A DNA stretch of 64,000 nt from Rhina ancylostomus. Lineage: Eukaryota. Shown here one piece after another: positions 37,757 through 52,724 of the stretch. Under the pieces are notes generated by a model. The model saw only the letters and a list, made by a program, of their open reading frames with translations. It was not told where the DNA came from and searched no databases. Each line of letters opens with the position of its first letter. Position 1 is the stretch's first letter. The translations under genes were made by a program, and so were the position numbers. The stretch covers positions 27,947,262-28,011,261 of the forward strand of contig JARFYF010000094.1 of NCBI GenBank assembly GCA_030265395.1, written 5' to 3'.

Positions 37757-38889
37757 ATACTTTGCAATAGAACTAAGATTGACCAACAGATTTTTCTTAT
37801 ATAAGTATATTAGACAATATGGAATCAGGGCAGGTAAGTGAGTTCTCATACAGATCAGACATTTATTTAATTAAATTGTGAATAGGCCTGAGAGATTGAG
37901 TGGCCCACTTCTGTTCCTATCTTCCTGCCTTAAGTGTTGCAAGTTGAACTTTGGCTCAGACCAAGATTGTCAAAGCTCCTGTGATGGGGACACATTGTTA
38001 AATTGAATATAGTGTGTCTTTAATGCTTCAGCTCCATGCTCTGGAGGAGATGAATGCATTGAGGTGTGTGACACACTTACATTTTGAAATAAGGCAATGT
38101 GAGCTATATTGGATATTTTGCACCTATGTTGCTTCTGAAAAATTAGCCACAGTCACTCCTGTTCTTCCACTCTATACCAATAAATACTTAATAAGGTCAT
38201 CTTTATTTCCATCTGGGTTTGCTGATGTTCCAAGAGCAAATCATTACATAAAGTAAAAAGTTAATTGCATTAGAAGTTACCTTTGAACTTCTTCAACGTA
38301 TATGAAGATGAAGGCACAGATACTGTGATTCTCAGAGTTAAACTGTTTGATATGCTGATCAAGTATCAAAATTAATTACATCAGAGCCTGCTTTTCCTAT
38401 ACTGTCTACCTGTCTGTGTGCCTATTAAGAAAAGATGCCTTTCATCTTGGTCATTGTAGCCTTTATTAGCATCATACAAGTGCTGTTGATTTTTCCCATT
38501 CTCAGCTTCTACTTGCTTGATTGTTTCAATGATCAGGGAGAGAAAATGGGAGGTTAGAGGTAACAAGTAAAGAGATTGGAGGTACATAGGATATGCTGCA
38601 GATAAATCACATGGCAATTGTCAGATTTATCAATTAAGCAAATATTAATGATTAGAAATTGCTTCCATTTCCATATTTTTAAAGGAAAAATACAGTATAA
38701 AAGCTATTGAGGTTATGCAAGATTTTGCTAGCAATTAATTCTGGGTCAATTAGGGACTCACAGGGAACTGGCCTGGACTTGTGACACAGGAGCCAATCGG
38801 CTTTTTGCCTACTGGTGGTGGTGGGGGTGGACATTGGTGAGAGCTTTTTCTGCCGTTGTACTACAATTACTATATTGTCCATGCTGGCT

Positions 38890-40350
38890 CTCTGCAGGAC
38901 AATCCAGTCACTTCCTATTCTCCCACTCTATCCCACTAGCCTGCAAGTTTTTATCCTTCAGCTGGCAATCTAATTTCCCCATGAAATCATTAATCATCTC
39001 TGCTTCCACCACGGTCATAGACTATGAGTTCCAGGTCATTACTGTTTGCTAGATAATTAAAAAAAATTCTTCCTCATAAAGCCCCCCACCCCCATAACCC
39101 TTGCCAAAAACCCAAAATCTGTGTCCCCTAGTCCTTGTACCTTAGGTAAAGAAGAACAACATTTCTCTATATATCTTATCTGAACCTGTCACACTCTTAT
39201 ATATCTCTATCAAATTCCCCCTCAATCTTTTCTGCCCCAAGAAGAACAAGCCCAGCTTCTCTATGCTAACTACGGAGATAAAATCCCTCTTCCATGAAAA
39301 CATTCTGATAAATCTCCTTTGTTCCCCCTTAAGGATTTTTACACACTTCTGAAGGGTGGTGACTAGGTCTGGACCCCATACTCTAATTGTGGCTTAACCA
39401 GAGCTTTATAAAGGTTCAGCATATTTTCTCTGCTTTGTAATCAATGCCTCCATTTATAACATTCTGATGTTTTATTAATCAATTCTTCCAAATTTTCCTG
39501 CCACCTTCGAAGATCCATGCACATGAACCACTAAGTCCCTTTTCTCCTGTACACTCTTTAGCATTATACCATTGTCTATATTGTCAGTCTCCAGCCTTAT
39601 GTCAAAATGTATTAACCCACAGTAGCCTGCATTAAATTGCATTTGTCACTTGTCTTCCCATTTTTCTAGCCTATCTTGTTGATGTCACTGCTTGTCACAC
39701 CTTCAAGTTTGATATAATTTGCAAATGTTTTAATTTCAATCTGTTTTCCAATATTCATGGGAAAATAGTGTCCGAAGACTGACTTTTTGGGAACACCACT
39801 GTCTCATTCTCTATCCTGAGAAACAAACATTTACCATATCTTGCTGTTTTTAGCCTTGAACCATTTATTTTCCTATGATGACACTAATCTTTCTATTCTA
39901 TGAGCCTCGATTTTGTTATTTAGCTTTTACGTGGGACTTTGTGGATTTTCTGAAAACATTTAGCAAAGACAACAGCCAATGTGTTCCCTTCATCAACTTT
40001 TTTTCCATTACTTCATCAGAAAATTCTGTTAGTTTAGTAAGACAAGATCAGTTTTTTACATGTCCTTGCTGACTCTCCTTAATTGGCTCAGACCTCTCTA
40101 TGTCCCTGATAATATGTTCCTTGATTTTCATTTCTAAAAACTTACCAACCAGCAACAACTGAGCTATAGTTACTAAAGACATTCTTATACCCTTTCTTGA
40201 ACACAGCTGTCACATTAGGTACATTTCAATCCTTTGGCACCTCCCTTCATATCTGGGGAAGATTAGAAGATTATAAAAAGCATTTCCATATCTCCAACTC
40301 CCACTTTCTTCAGCAACCTGAAATGCAAGACATCTGGGCCAGGCAACTTA
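38890..40350 (-). mobile_element. Decayed CR1 LINE
   Basis: Minus strand reads LYKALVKPQLEYGVQ (~39365-39412) and QMQFNA; an SGVP-like motif lies near 39790. Confidence 0.8.
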
Positions 40351-42181
40351 TCCTTCTCGGTCCATCCTCCCCATCAGTTTTTAACCCATTCATCTCCACT
40401 TGAACTGATGTTTTGTCAGTACGTGAAGAGTTCTTTCTCACTTCTCAACAGTCAGTATAGCAAAGACATGATAGCTGTCAACTCTGCCTATAGGTTCCAA
40501 CAGGAACTGCAAGGGTATGTATGTGTTAATGCATGATCTAGTGTGCAAGACACCATAGTGATTCATTGACCATATTTTATCCAATTTCACAATTTTTAGG
40601 GAGATCCAAGTGACTGGTAGTGCTTTTTATGCGTAGCACATCAAAAGAGACTGAACTCTAATTTCTAGGTATAAGATTATAGGCTTTTAATTATTCCCCA
40701 AATAGTTTAAATTATTGAGTAAATCAAGTACTGAGTTGCTTTCCTTGCTTTAAAACAGTGTATGCTGGGCATTTATTTTCTGGTGCTTTACATCAGGATT
40801 AAAGGATAATTATTAATTTTTTAGAACAGTATCCCATTTTAGATTATTGGAGATATGTCTGTTTTAATAATGGTCTTTTATTTAAAACCCAAGTGCAGGA
40901 TCATGGGGTAAAGACCAAACCATAATTCTTCTGTTTTTATTATTCCACATGTATCAGCTCAGTCTGGTATCCATTTTATTATGTAAAATTTTTAAACATT
41001 TCACTATTTCAAAAAAAGCCAAATCTCATAATTTTTAGGTTATGTTTTCAATTATATTGCACTGCAATAATCACAATCAATAATCTTGTCTGTGAAATAT
41101 ATTTTGGCCTGGATTTTATGTTTGTTATGGACTGTAATTGTTCATTAAATACTGAAATTCTGAAGTTGCTCTCTGAGATTCCCTGAGCCTCCACAGGTCA
41201 TATTGTTTCGAATCCTTGCTTGCTGGTAAGTGAATCAGTGAGAAACCAAAGTAGTTACAAATCACTCTCACAGAAAGAAATGTATGTGATCATTCACTGG
41301 GGATTCTAAACTTTCTAAATCATAATTATTGCTTAGCATAATCTCTAGCAAAATACAACTACTTATATAGGGATTGTGATTCTCTTGGTTGATTGTTTCA
41401 GATTATTTCTTACATTTAAAACAAAAAGATTTTTTTTCATTTTTGTTTATGACATTTGAACATCTACATTAATGTTGTGTGTATATTCCAATCTATAAAA
41501 TATTTTAAATGCTAGTTTAAGATTGTGGGCTTTACCTCCTGATTTGCTCTTTGAAGAACTCGGCTTGCTTGACACCAAATGTTCCCTGTAATTAATGGCT
41601 GCTAATTGCTGACAGTAAATGCATTTGGGAAATGCGATACCCATTTATGGACAACTTTCTTTAAGGTCAGAGGCAAGCACCACCACTTTCCCTCCGATGG
41701 CAAACTGTGGGCCATTACATTTATTGAAAACAAAACATAAAATAGGCACGAGAATAGCAAAGGGAAAAATGAAGACCTTTGACCAGTTTGAATGGATAAT
41801 TGATGTATTAAAACTATTAAGTAATTTTTAAAATGATTAAATTTTAAAAATTTAATTCAAACAAATGCTAGGAATTAATTAGAAGCAATAAGATAAAGTA
41901 ATGGTCAGTGCTTGATGTTGTGCAATGTTCACCAGTCATGGCTTGCTGAATAGATGGATATGAAGTGCATCAGGTCTCTCGGCTCAACAGATTAGTGCTC
42001 TATTTGTGTGTAAGTCCTGTTGCAGAAAAGGAGGTCAAATGCATTGATCTCTAGTTCATCTCTGTTTAATGAATTTAATCCATTTTGATTAATGAGTCAT
42101 ATTACAAATAGCTTTTTTAGACTAAAAGCTTTTCATTCTGCCTTGATGGTTAAAAAAAACTACAAGAACTTGCCACAATAG

Positions 42182-42367
<186 letters not shown>

Positions 42368-42568
42368 TGAGTATCATAATTCACTGCAGGAACTATTTAA
42401 TCTTTCATCAGTCAGATATGTGTCTGAACTTGTCAATGTAATTTTATTATGCTTTAAAATTTTCTGAGATTGCTTTTCTGAATTATGTTTGGAAGCTAGT
42501 TCAGCAATTATTCTGTCCTAACATTTCTTTTTATATGAATTTGCATTTGCTTATGGTTAAAACTGATA

Positions 42569-42875
42569 CAGATGTCCTTGGGTTATGAATGCCTGACTTA
42601 TGGAGATCCCTACATATGAACAAGATCCCATAATATTAATTAATTCAAAAGTCTGATGTACATACATACATTTATGCCTGTGAAGAGCAGAACAAGTTTC
42701 ATCTCTCTCTCCATTTTTAGTGATTGTCCTTTCTCATCAGTCTTATGTGCTTTTGATGCCATTCATTACAATACTGTGAAGGTCTGTTTACCATGTTGAG
42801 TGATTTCAGTGTATTTCCTATCTTGTAGACAAAATCGACTTGTGTATGTTTGTAAAAATGGAATCCATTCATTAC
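42569..42875. mobile_element. Tc1/mariner-pogo (Tigger-like) MITE, right end lost in a gap
   Basis: TA followed by CAGATGTCCTTGGGTTATGAATG. The right side ends CATTCATTAC, matching the reverse complement CATTCATAAC of the inner left TIR. Confidence 0.55.
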
Positions 42876-45171
42876 NNNNNNNNNNNNNNNNNNNNNNNNN
42901 NNNNNNNNNNNNNNNNNNNNNNNNNNNNNNNNNNNNNNNNNNNNNNNNNNNNNNNNNNNNNNNNNNNNNNNNNNNNNNNNNNNNNNNNNNNNNNNNNNNN
43001 NNNNNNNNNNNNNNNNNNNNNNNNNNNNNNNNNNNNNNNNNNNNNNNNNNNNNNNNNNNNNNNNNNNNNNNNNNNNNNNNNNNNNNNNNNNNNNNNNNNN
43101 NNNNNNNNNNNNNNNNNNNNNNNNAGAGTTTATATTTCAGGCTAGTAGCCACTCAACTAACCCAACTATTGACTGTAAAACAGTTCAACTTCTCTTGGTG
43201 TGGTAAACACGTGCTTCATATTGTACTGATATTCACTCCTGTTTTCCAATGGCTCCTGTTTGGAACTCCGTATAGAGCTTGCAGCTGCTGCTTCACCCGC
43301 TGGGAAATGAGTCAACGCTTGAAGAACTTTTCCCTTATTAGTCACAGTACATTGCCATCAAGGAAAGAAAGAAAGAGAGTGGATAGGAGAAATGCTGCTA
43401 TGTTGTAGGCACTCTCCATATGATAAACTAGCCCAGTCAATTCCCATGGCCTCTAAGCCACTGTGAGCTGTGGGTTGATCAATGAGCCAGTGGACACCAC
43501 ATGCCAATCTCAAGAATAAAAAGGCTGCAATCAGTGAAGGGAGCTGCAGTCAATTTATTTAACATGTTGGCCATTGAAAATTGCGGCTGGGACGTGTCCA
43601 GGATAATGATGTGAAAAGAGTCTTATTCCCAACCTTTGAATGGTGTGCTCCTTACTTTCTGTGAATTAACTGTGAAGTGATACTGGTTTCCCTCAAGAGC
43701 TTCAATTTCTGCCAGCAGTGGAGGAAGCATTGTGCAGCTTAGTTGTACAAATTATGACAGGCAAGCACCACTTGCATGAAGTAAATCATGGCCAGAAGTG
43801 TCCAGCCCAATTTCTGGATGGTCATTAATTGACAGGGATATAATTACTAACATGATCTAATGTGCCCACAAATGGCTATATGTGTTATTTACATGTTTAA
43901 CAGAAAAAGTGTGCAAATAGGTCCACTTGTAGGCATGCATATGTTGGATTTGTGTCAGGTTTGGTGCATGTTATGGTGATTCATTTGACTGTGTAGGGCG
44001 TTGCTGTGCTAGCCCAGTTTAGTGAGGTACCGTATGAATCCGGTATTTTTGATCATTGTCTAGTATTTTATTCTCAAACATATGAAAGTCTGTTTGAGAT
44101 TGTAATATAGGTGGCAACGGTCAAGTGTAGTCAAGTCAGATGTGGAAAAACAATGTAAAAACTCAGGTTCATTTTGGATTTAGATTAGTCATAGTTGAGT
44201 TGGGAAAAGATCGGAATTTAATTTTCCACGTAAAATTGATTGAAGGCATCTTTCTCCACTGGGTGGAAAAATAATATGATATGGAAAATTTAAACTCCTG
44301 TTGAATTAATTGTATTACCTGAGGATAAAACTACTTTCTGGATCACTTTCTAAAGTAAGATAGACTAAATCCATGCAATTAAAAACCTCACATCCAATCA
44401 TGTAATGTCACATCTTTAAAAGAGCCAAAATTCCAACAATTCCTATCTCTCAGGCAGTAATATAAATAACCCAATAACCACTTAATTTATTTTGTTTCCA
44501 ATATAACTTTCAATTGTATGATTAAACGTGAATGGCTGAAAAAGTGGCAAAGTGCCGGTGAGAAAGGAAAAACCAGAAGCAAACTAAGTGTTCATTTTAA
44601 AGCTTTTTTTCCAATATCTATCCAGTTTTGTAAGGTTCACATATTGGGAGAGGAGATTTTTAAACCCCCAAACTAGGTGTGATTGGCAACATGTGACAAA
44701 GGTTAAATGCAAAAGAAAATCAGTTGGTCTGAAACCCAACATGAACTTGCCAATTTGGTATTTTCAGCCTGCTTAAAAGTTCTGGTAATTGACGTGAAAA
44801 TGCACATAGCACCTAACTTCTATGCACAAGAGTCAGCTGTAGGATGTTGCAGATAACAGCTCATTATTGCACTAAATTGGTATCAAGAGCTTTGTTTCCA
44901 AATGGAAATTAATTTTGTTACTGATGAGACCAGTTGACATGAACAAGAGCTAAGTTTCGCAACTCTGGTTGGACTCCTAAAAGTCAAGAGGGTTAGCCAA
45001 GTGGCTGTAAAGGCTTCCCTTGAACTGATAGAGTGTTTCACCAATCAGAAAAGATCTCATATCATTAAAGGTCAGTTGACCTGCAACCACAAGAAGATCT
45101 TTCTCCAGCTGTGGAACATTTACATATATGTGTTAACTAATTTATAATAATTTAATAAAGTTTTGAAATAA

Positions 45172-45591
45172 AATTTCTTTATTAGTCAAATGTGCATCGA
45201 AACACACAGTGAAACCATCTCTTGTGTAGAGTGTTCTGGGGACAGCCCACAATTGTCTCCATGCTTCCGGCACCAACATAGCATGCCCACAACTTCCTAA
45301 CCCGTACGTCTTTGGAATGTGGGAGGAAACCGGAGNNNNNNNNNNNNNNNNNNNNNNNNNNNNNNNNNNNNNNNNNNNNNNNNNNNNNNNNNNNNNNNNN
45401 NNNNNNNNNNNNNNNNNNNNNNNNNNNNNNNNNNNTGCCCACAACTTCCTAACCCGTACGTCTTTGGAATGTGGGAGGAAACCGGAGCACCAGGAGGAAA
45501 CCCACACAGACATGGGGACAACATACAGACTCCTTACAAACAGTGACCGGAATTGGACCTGGGTCACTGGCACTGTAATAGCACTATGCTA
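45172..45591 (-). mobile_element. tRNA-derived V-SINE (HE1/MER6-like)
   Basis: Minus strand has a B-box-like GGTCCAATTCC and the V-domain tgtatgttgtccccatgtctgtgtgggtttcctcctggtgctccggtttcctcccaca, ending with AATAAA. Contains a 100-N gap with duplicated flanks. Confidence 0.9.
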
Positions 45592-48159
45592 TTACAGTAT
45601 GCTAAAGTACTTTCAAATAAATTCTAAGACTGCTGCCAGGATGCAATCATCCTACACTTTCTGAATCAGAATCAAAATCAGGTTTATTCTCACTGTCTTA
45701 GATGACGTGAAATTTGATGTTCCAACCATCCCCCTCCAACTGCTCACTGAAAACATGATTGATTACCTCAGTGAGGAGCCAAAGTAATGAGGGACAGAAG
45801 TGCTTCAACAAAAGCCACCTGTCCAACATCTTGAGCAAGTCCTTAAATGTATTTCCGATTCCCTGACTTCTTTTCAACATGGTCCAGGTATAATATCAAG
45901 AATAGTTGTGGTCTACTGCAGGCAGCAAGGGCTGGAATCAGTACCTTTGAATAAGAAGAAAGAGGAGGAAGAAGACTTGGCCAGTGTCCTAGGGTAAGAA
46001 CACATTGCTGCATTGAGTTCCTGGATGCTCTTCGTCTTTAGCCAAGCCACCAAAGGAAACCTAGATGACAATCTCTCTTTGCCTCCCTTCCACACCAAGA
46101 CAATCCAGTCCAACAAACAACCGTAAACATATTCTCTGGCCCCTGTTTCTCAAAGTCAGACCATGGTCTCACTATTTAACAAAACTTAAAAAGAAACTTA
46201 TCATTTGGGTGCAAAAGTAGTGTCAGAAAATGTTTTGAGATTGAGCGCAGTGGCACAACCATATGTACCTTTTGCAAGACGATTGATAAAGGCCACCAGC
46301 ACGATGCTTCTCATAGGTCAGCACATTGCAGTGTGGGAGTACAAAATGTGCTGCAAGTCAGATGCTGATGTTGAGTCCAAGCATTCTCTCTATCTGTCCA
46401 CCCAACACGACCCTATCATAATGATATTGCTGACATTCATTAGAAGGATTAAAAAGTCTGTGTTTACTTCTCTTTATTTCACTCTCTTTGGTTTTAATTA
46501 TTCAGAATTATTCAAAGTACGTTTAATGAAATTTGTATTTAATTTTCAAAATTTGTATTATTTTTCTATTTTAACTATTTAAAAGTATTTCAACTGCTTA
46601 AAGTATAGCTGATCAGAAATGGTTGAAAAGACCTTTGACAGTACAAACTGTCAAAAGGCCATCAGGGAACAAGGCCTGGAGATTGTTGAGACACATATGA
46701 TTGCAAAGTGTAAATACACTAATGGGAATAGCATGGAGACAAACTCAATGCACAGGTTGTCAAATTCTCAACCATACAGACCAACAGAAACATAACAGTC
46801 CACTGTTAATGCATAACATAATGCTCTTCAACAAATTTCACTTTATATATGTCAGTGGTAATAAATCTGATTCTGATTTTGATTCCTTTTATCAGCAGTC
46901 CTATGTATATAACATCTTGGCTCTGGTTGAGGCAGAGGCAGGTTTGTCAGTTTCCATGGCTGAAGTACTCTTAGTTTAAATTTTCTGAGTGTGGATCCCA
47001 TGAAAATCGTAGGCTGCTTCACCTGCAATGATGCAGGAGACAAAAGAACACTGGACAACGTGTAGGGTACTGGCAGACAGAGAGACAAATGTGAGAAGAT
47101 GAAGTGCTGGATCAGAACCTCCACTTCCCTCTCATGGTCTTCTGACTGTGCATTTTTCAATGTAGAAGTGATGCATAGAGCAGCCAAGGCTCAGGATATC
47201 TTTCAACTTCTTGAGGGTGACATTCAGGATATGTAAGCCCTTGGTAAGGACCTATGTACATTTGCTGGATTGCCACATTTGATGCACCATGCAGGTGGCC
47301 ATTCTTTCCAGGGTTAATGACATCATTGCAGGTGTCTGTGATATCATACCTCTTATGCTCAAAACACCGTGTAAGAGTGCTTTCTCCAGCTGGTATTCCT
47401 AACAGAACTGCACATATTTTTTGCTGCTTCTGCAGAAGCATCCTGTTGATCAACGGCTCCCAAGGTTCAGCATCTGCACCCAACTGGGCAGAGATTGGAG
47501 AGTCCTGATAACTTTAGATTGTGGCCCAAGTCTCCACCTTCTGCTCGCTAGTGAAGTGTAAGGCATCAGTTGCAAACACACTTGTTTTATTGGCTGCATC
47601 AAAATGTGTGTATCTGAATAGTTCTGTGGAAAGCATCTGTCTGGAAAGGAGCTGTTTTCCCTTTGGAGTACATCTTACAGATTGGGTGAAGTATTAAAGG
47701 CAAGGATTAAAATTTTCAAGGTAGGAGTTTTTTTTGCAATTTTCATTACATACATGATCATCTTTCATCCAGTGCTGACATCCAGTCAGATAAGCAAATG
47801 CCGTATGTATTGAGACTGGACAAGATAGAATTCTGTCCCCAGGTAAGTGTGGGACACCCCCCCTTTCCTTTCTCCAGTGTTCACAGTATTCTGTGCTCCA
47901 TTTTTTTAAGCAAGAATGGAAAAAAGACCTATGAGAGACAATAATGGCACAGCTGTTGTTGATGACTATGAGGAACAGGAATGATACAGGACAAAAACAG
48001 CATCGAGTGTCAGTGGTGACTGGGAAGATGGGAAGGAAACAAAGTGTACAGAGAGAGGTACATCTGCATTCAGAGCTGGCGTGAGGAATGATGTGCTTCA
48101 GTGGACTTAAGAAACAGAATGAGGGGCCTGAAGTAATATGCAAAATGAGATCCATGTGA

Positions 48160-48410
48160 ATGTGTCACTCTTCCACATGTAATGAGGTCATTAAATTGCT
48201 TTTGAATCTGAGTCTCAAAATGGTGTTGACATTCCAATTGCTGACTTCTGTGGTTATCTCCAGTTTTGTGTTGCTTTTGGCTATGGACTTCTCTTTGCCA
48301 TCAGCAGGGAACAAGTTGTCTTGCACACCATTACAGCAATTGACACAACATCCAAAGAAGCATTGGTGAATGATGAGGTGCCCTTGACACCACTATTTTC
48401 CCTTGTGCCT
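48160..48410 (-). mobile_element. Myb/SANT remnant of a Harbinger element
   Basis: Minus strand reads FTNASLD, LFPADGK, LEITTEVS and QIQKQFNDLI across frameshifts. Confidence 0.6.
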
Positions 48411-51400
48411 TCACTTTGAAGCAGATCTAGAATCCATTAATGTGTGTTTAAATATTCAAGCTGGAATTGAATCAGGCATGTGGTTGTTGCATGTATTCTA
48501 CCCAATCAGCTGGGCACCCTGGAACTTAGGAATTGGATCGTGCTGCATCTGTGCTGTCTTAGCTTTTCTAGATATGGACGGCTGAGTGACCTTGTGGGTG
48601 GAGTGGGTTCTGAGTGGCAGCAAGACCTCAGCAGGCCCACTGCTCAGACTCCATCCGCGGAAAGTCCTGACCACCTTGTACTGCTATCAAAGGCTTTTGA
48701 ATGCCAGTAATCAGATGCATTTAAAAATTATTCAAGTAGATGTAACTAATAGAATAAAATGTTTAAATGTCAAAAAATATTGAAACCCCTGCAAAATACT
48801 AGCATATAATTAAAATATTTATAGTGAAATTAAATATTTCAAACCCTTACTTGGGTTGACCTTTTCCATTAGGTTGACAATCCCACTTGGAAGAATAGAG
48901 TCCAGATCCATTCCACATCAGCTTTCTGCTGCTGGATTCAATGAAGAATCTAGCAGAGCAGCAGGAGGTCACCTACACTCACATTTGACCTTCAGCTCAT
49001 CTCAGACTTCAGACTTTAGAACCATTGGCTGATTCTGCCCAATGTGTTAATGGAATGACTAACTTAAATCTGCCCCAAGGAATATACTGCCAAATAAATC
49101 AGATCTCCTGTCACAGGCAAGCTTTCCTGCTCCTATCCATTGGAAAGATAATATTCAGCTCATATTCTCCAATAATTTTTTATCTTAAGTTTCTTCACTT
49201 AGAGGACCATATATATCTAGAAATAATATTGACAAAAACTAACAAAAACTATAAGTTTCAATGGTGAAATTACAAAATTGCTGTTTAAAATTCAGGATTC
49301 TTCCAGATTGTTTCCTTTAATATCTGAAAATCCAGGACCACGTTCAGATTTTCCAATCAATATTGGGAGTGAGGATTCCAAGCTGCTGTTTTGTGTTTGA
49401 ATATGACACATGAAAGGAAGAGAGATAACATCAGGAGGTTGTTTTTATCTGGTATCTGGGGAAGTAAAATTCCCACAGAGCAGCAAAGCAATGTGCATTG
49501 GATAACAAGGAAGAAAATATTCAAGGGGTCATATTCCCTTGGAGAAACTCTCTGCATTGATTGTGTAGGAAATCTCTCATGAAATTCGTGACTTACACTT
49601 TGCTGTTTCAAAATGTTTTGTGAACTAAGTGGCAAATTTACAAGTAACACATAAGGTCATTACCAATTTCAATCTATTGGCTGCAGCCTGTTTTTTTTCC
49701 CAGACAAACTGGTGCTTTCAGCAAGATCTAAAGGAGACACTCAAGAGTTTGATCTCAGACAATATAGCTAGGATCAAACAAACAGTGTGACCTTCCTCAG
49801 GGGAATAATCAAGTGCAGGTTTCTGGAGAATCAAAACAATGGAGCAAGCTTTTGGGCACACACAGCTTCAACAATAACTACAAGTCCATTTTCAAAAGGG
49901 AACTGGATGTACACTTGAGAAGGAAAACAGTTACAGGTCTCTGGGAAACAAGTCAGGGAATGGTATTAATTGGATATATCTTACAACAATGGTCACAAGA
50001 ATGATGGGCCAATGACTGCCTTCTATGCCATATGATTACAATTCATCATGAAAGTAAAAAAAAGAGAAAATATCAGAGGTTTTACTTTTCGCTGGCAAGC
50101 GGGCCGGGGTGGTAATGCCTGATCTATTTTTGGATTGATTGCAAGGCCTGGTCTATTTTTACATCTGGCGGACTGCACATCCAGAGAAAAATATGTTGGT
50201 CAACAGGCTGGTAGGCAGCAAGGCTCCAGGGTCTTAGCAGGTGGGAAAAGTTTGGTATCTGAGAGGACAGTATCTCAGACTCTCCTGATTCTATGTAGAA
50301 AAGCTTTAAATTTACCTAGTGGGGCCCCTACAGTGTGTCTACCAGATGACACTAAGCAGAGTGTGCAGTTGAAATTACATTGAAGCCCCAAAGATACTAT
50401 AGGGCTTTGGATTGCATATATTGATGAAGTTTTAGACTTCGTCAGGCAGGTGCTGAATCACTGATGAAACAGTAGCATTAAACTATCCACAAAGCAATAA
50501 ATCAACCACGTGAATTTTAATTCTTGTTTGCCGAGCTTTCTGCTGGTTGGAGGTCATCCTTGCTTTTTTTTTATAATTTGATGAACAGTTATAAATCTTA
50601 AGCAAGATTTTAAGAAGGGAAGTGTAAGCAAATATACAAAAGACTTGTGTCTTAACTACCTCAGCAACGGGTAGTGGAGCAAAAGATACTTGCATTATCT
50701 AAATAACTGTGGAAAGGAAGTTTGGAAGGGAAGATCATTTATTTGGCATCTTAAGCAAGTTTTGTACACTAGCAGTAAATGGTATTACAGATATCATTAT
50801 TCATGAGGAAGAGTAAGAGATGCAATATTTTTATCTGGAATTCACTACGTGAAGGGCTTGAATTTAAGCCTACGGGGAAAAAGAAACCCTGAAGACCTAC
50901 CAGGTCATCCCTTTTTTCCCCACCAGTAAAACTCTATGTAAACAATAAATGTCAAACATGTAGAATTTGCATTTTCATTCATTTTTCTTAAAGAATGATA
51001 GCTTCTAACATGTACATACAGAATTAATGATCAATGCCAAGATTTTGCTTGNNNNNNNNNNNNNNNNNNNNNNNNNNNNNNNNNNNNNNNNNNNNNNNNN
51101 NNNNNNNNNNNNNNNNNNNNNNNNNNNNNNNNNNNNNNNNNNNNNNNNNNNACATGTACATACAGAATTAATGATCAATGCCATTTGTTTGTGGAATGTG
51201 CTTGTCGCGACACTGGTGGAAAAAGGTTGTGAGAGTCAAAACATGGCGAAACATGGGCAGAAACCAGAAGGAGTTTTCAGTTTTATGAAAGGAAGATTTT
51301 GTCAAAAGCCTGAGGTAATCTGTGATTGTTGTTATTACCAAGTTTGATTTATGTGGACTGAAAGTTGATGTATCTATCCCTCAAGTGAAATTTGTTAATA

Positions 51401-52724
51401 CCCAAAAACACCTGATTTGGCTGAAACCAAAATAACAGCCCCAATCTGAACCAAAAATAAAACTGAAATGTTCAAGCCCTAATGATATGTTTGCTTCACT
51501 GAATTCATTATGATATAGTGATGGATAATGGCTGCAGAGGGAATGTCATATCTGTTAAAATCAGCATCCCAGGGTCCAGACAAACCACAAATTATGTACA
51601 GAAATATGACAAACAGACTGAAAAAAAGTCTATTGCTTGAGGTATCCATATCTTTAGACAATAAATTATTCAAATATGTTTTGAAAGATGTGGCCAATGA
51701 GTTCCTCAAATTTTAATAGACAAAGTATTCCGAATATTGTTAACTGACTTTAAGACAAAATAAATAGACAATGATGCATTAACCTAAAGAAATCCTTAAA
51801 AGTATCCTTTCAAATTTTATGTTGCTCAAACATTGTTGGTTAGCCTTAAACCTAATTTTGTAAAGTGTGAAATTATTATCTGAGGGGTATCTCTATAAAA
51901 CTTTTGATAAAATGAGTTAAGTTCACTTGGAATTAATATACTTAACATAAAATCTAACCCACTATAATCCAAATATATGAAATGTTTAATGCATTTTGAC
52001 TTAAGGTGTAGTTAAATGTGTTAGAGCCTAATGGAGCTCAAAACTGTATCAAATTGAAAAGCTGGACAAATTCAATTGATGACTGGTATTACTTATCATT
52101 TAAATTCCTCTCCCTCATATTGAAGAGTTTATTGCAAATTCTAAAAATGATGCATTGCAACAGTTTTTTTACCTGAGCTTTTGATTATGAGGATGTGGAG
52201 TTAATGCCATCATTATTGTTAACCTGTTTGAATTAACATACTTTTAACTGCACTGTCCCATCTAGAACACAGAAGTTACATTTGATAAAATTCACTCATA
52301 AAACTAAAATTCCACTTAGTGGCCTTTGTAAAAGCCTCTTAACTTAACAGAGAAGAATTACCTGTTCTCTTCTGGCATGCAGTACGTCTTAGATATTTAA
52401 GAATTGTTGCTAATCGTGAATGAATAAAAATATGCCGCTAAAACTCACATTTTCTCAGTCAGGTTATTTGTAAATATATCCTGTTCAGGACTTGAGGAGA
52501 TTGAGGTTCAGATTGAGGAAACTGTAAGGAATGTAATACTGGAGGAAGACAACATATGATTATAATCGAAAGGGATAAGAATTATTTGCTTTTAGAGAGG
52601 GATGGATTTTGGAGGAGAATTTATTAGCACTCTTTAGAATGAAGGAAGGGCCAGAACATAGAGTCAACAGATTAAATAATGACATGTGAAAATGATTTGA
52701 AGTTATGTTATAGTTATAATTATA

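Noticed and set aside
45535-45591. tRNA gene
   Set aside because: Only a B-box-like remnant of the SINE head; no cloverleaf.
47694-48155. 153-aa minus-strand ORF and other short ORF-track entries as host genes
   Set aside because: No recognisable domain, composition typical of non-coding DNA, and located among transposon relics.
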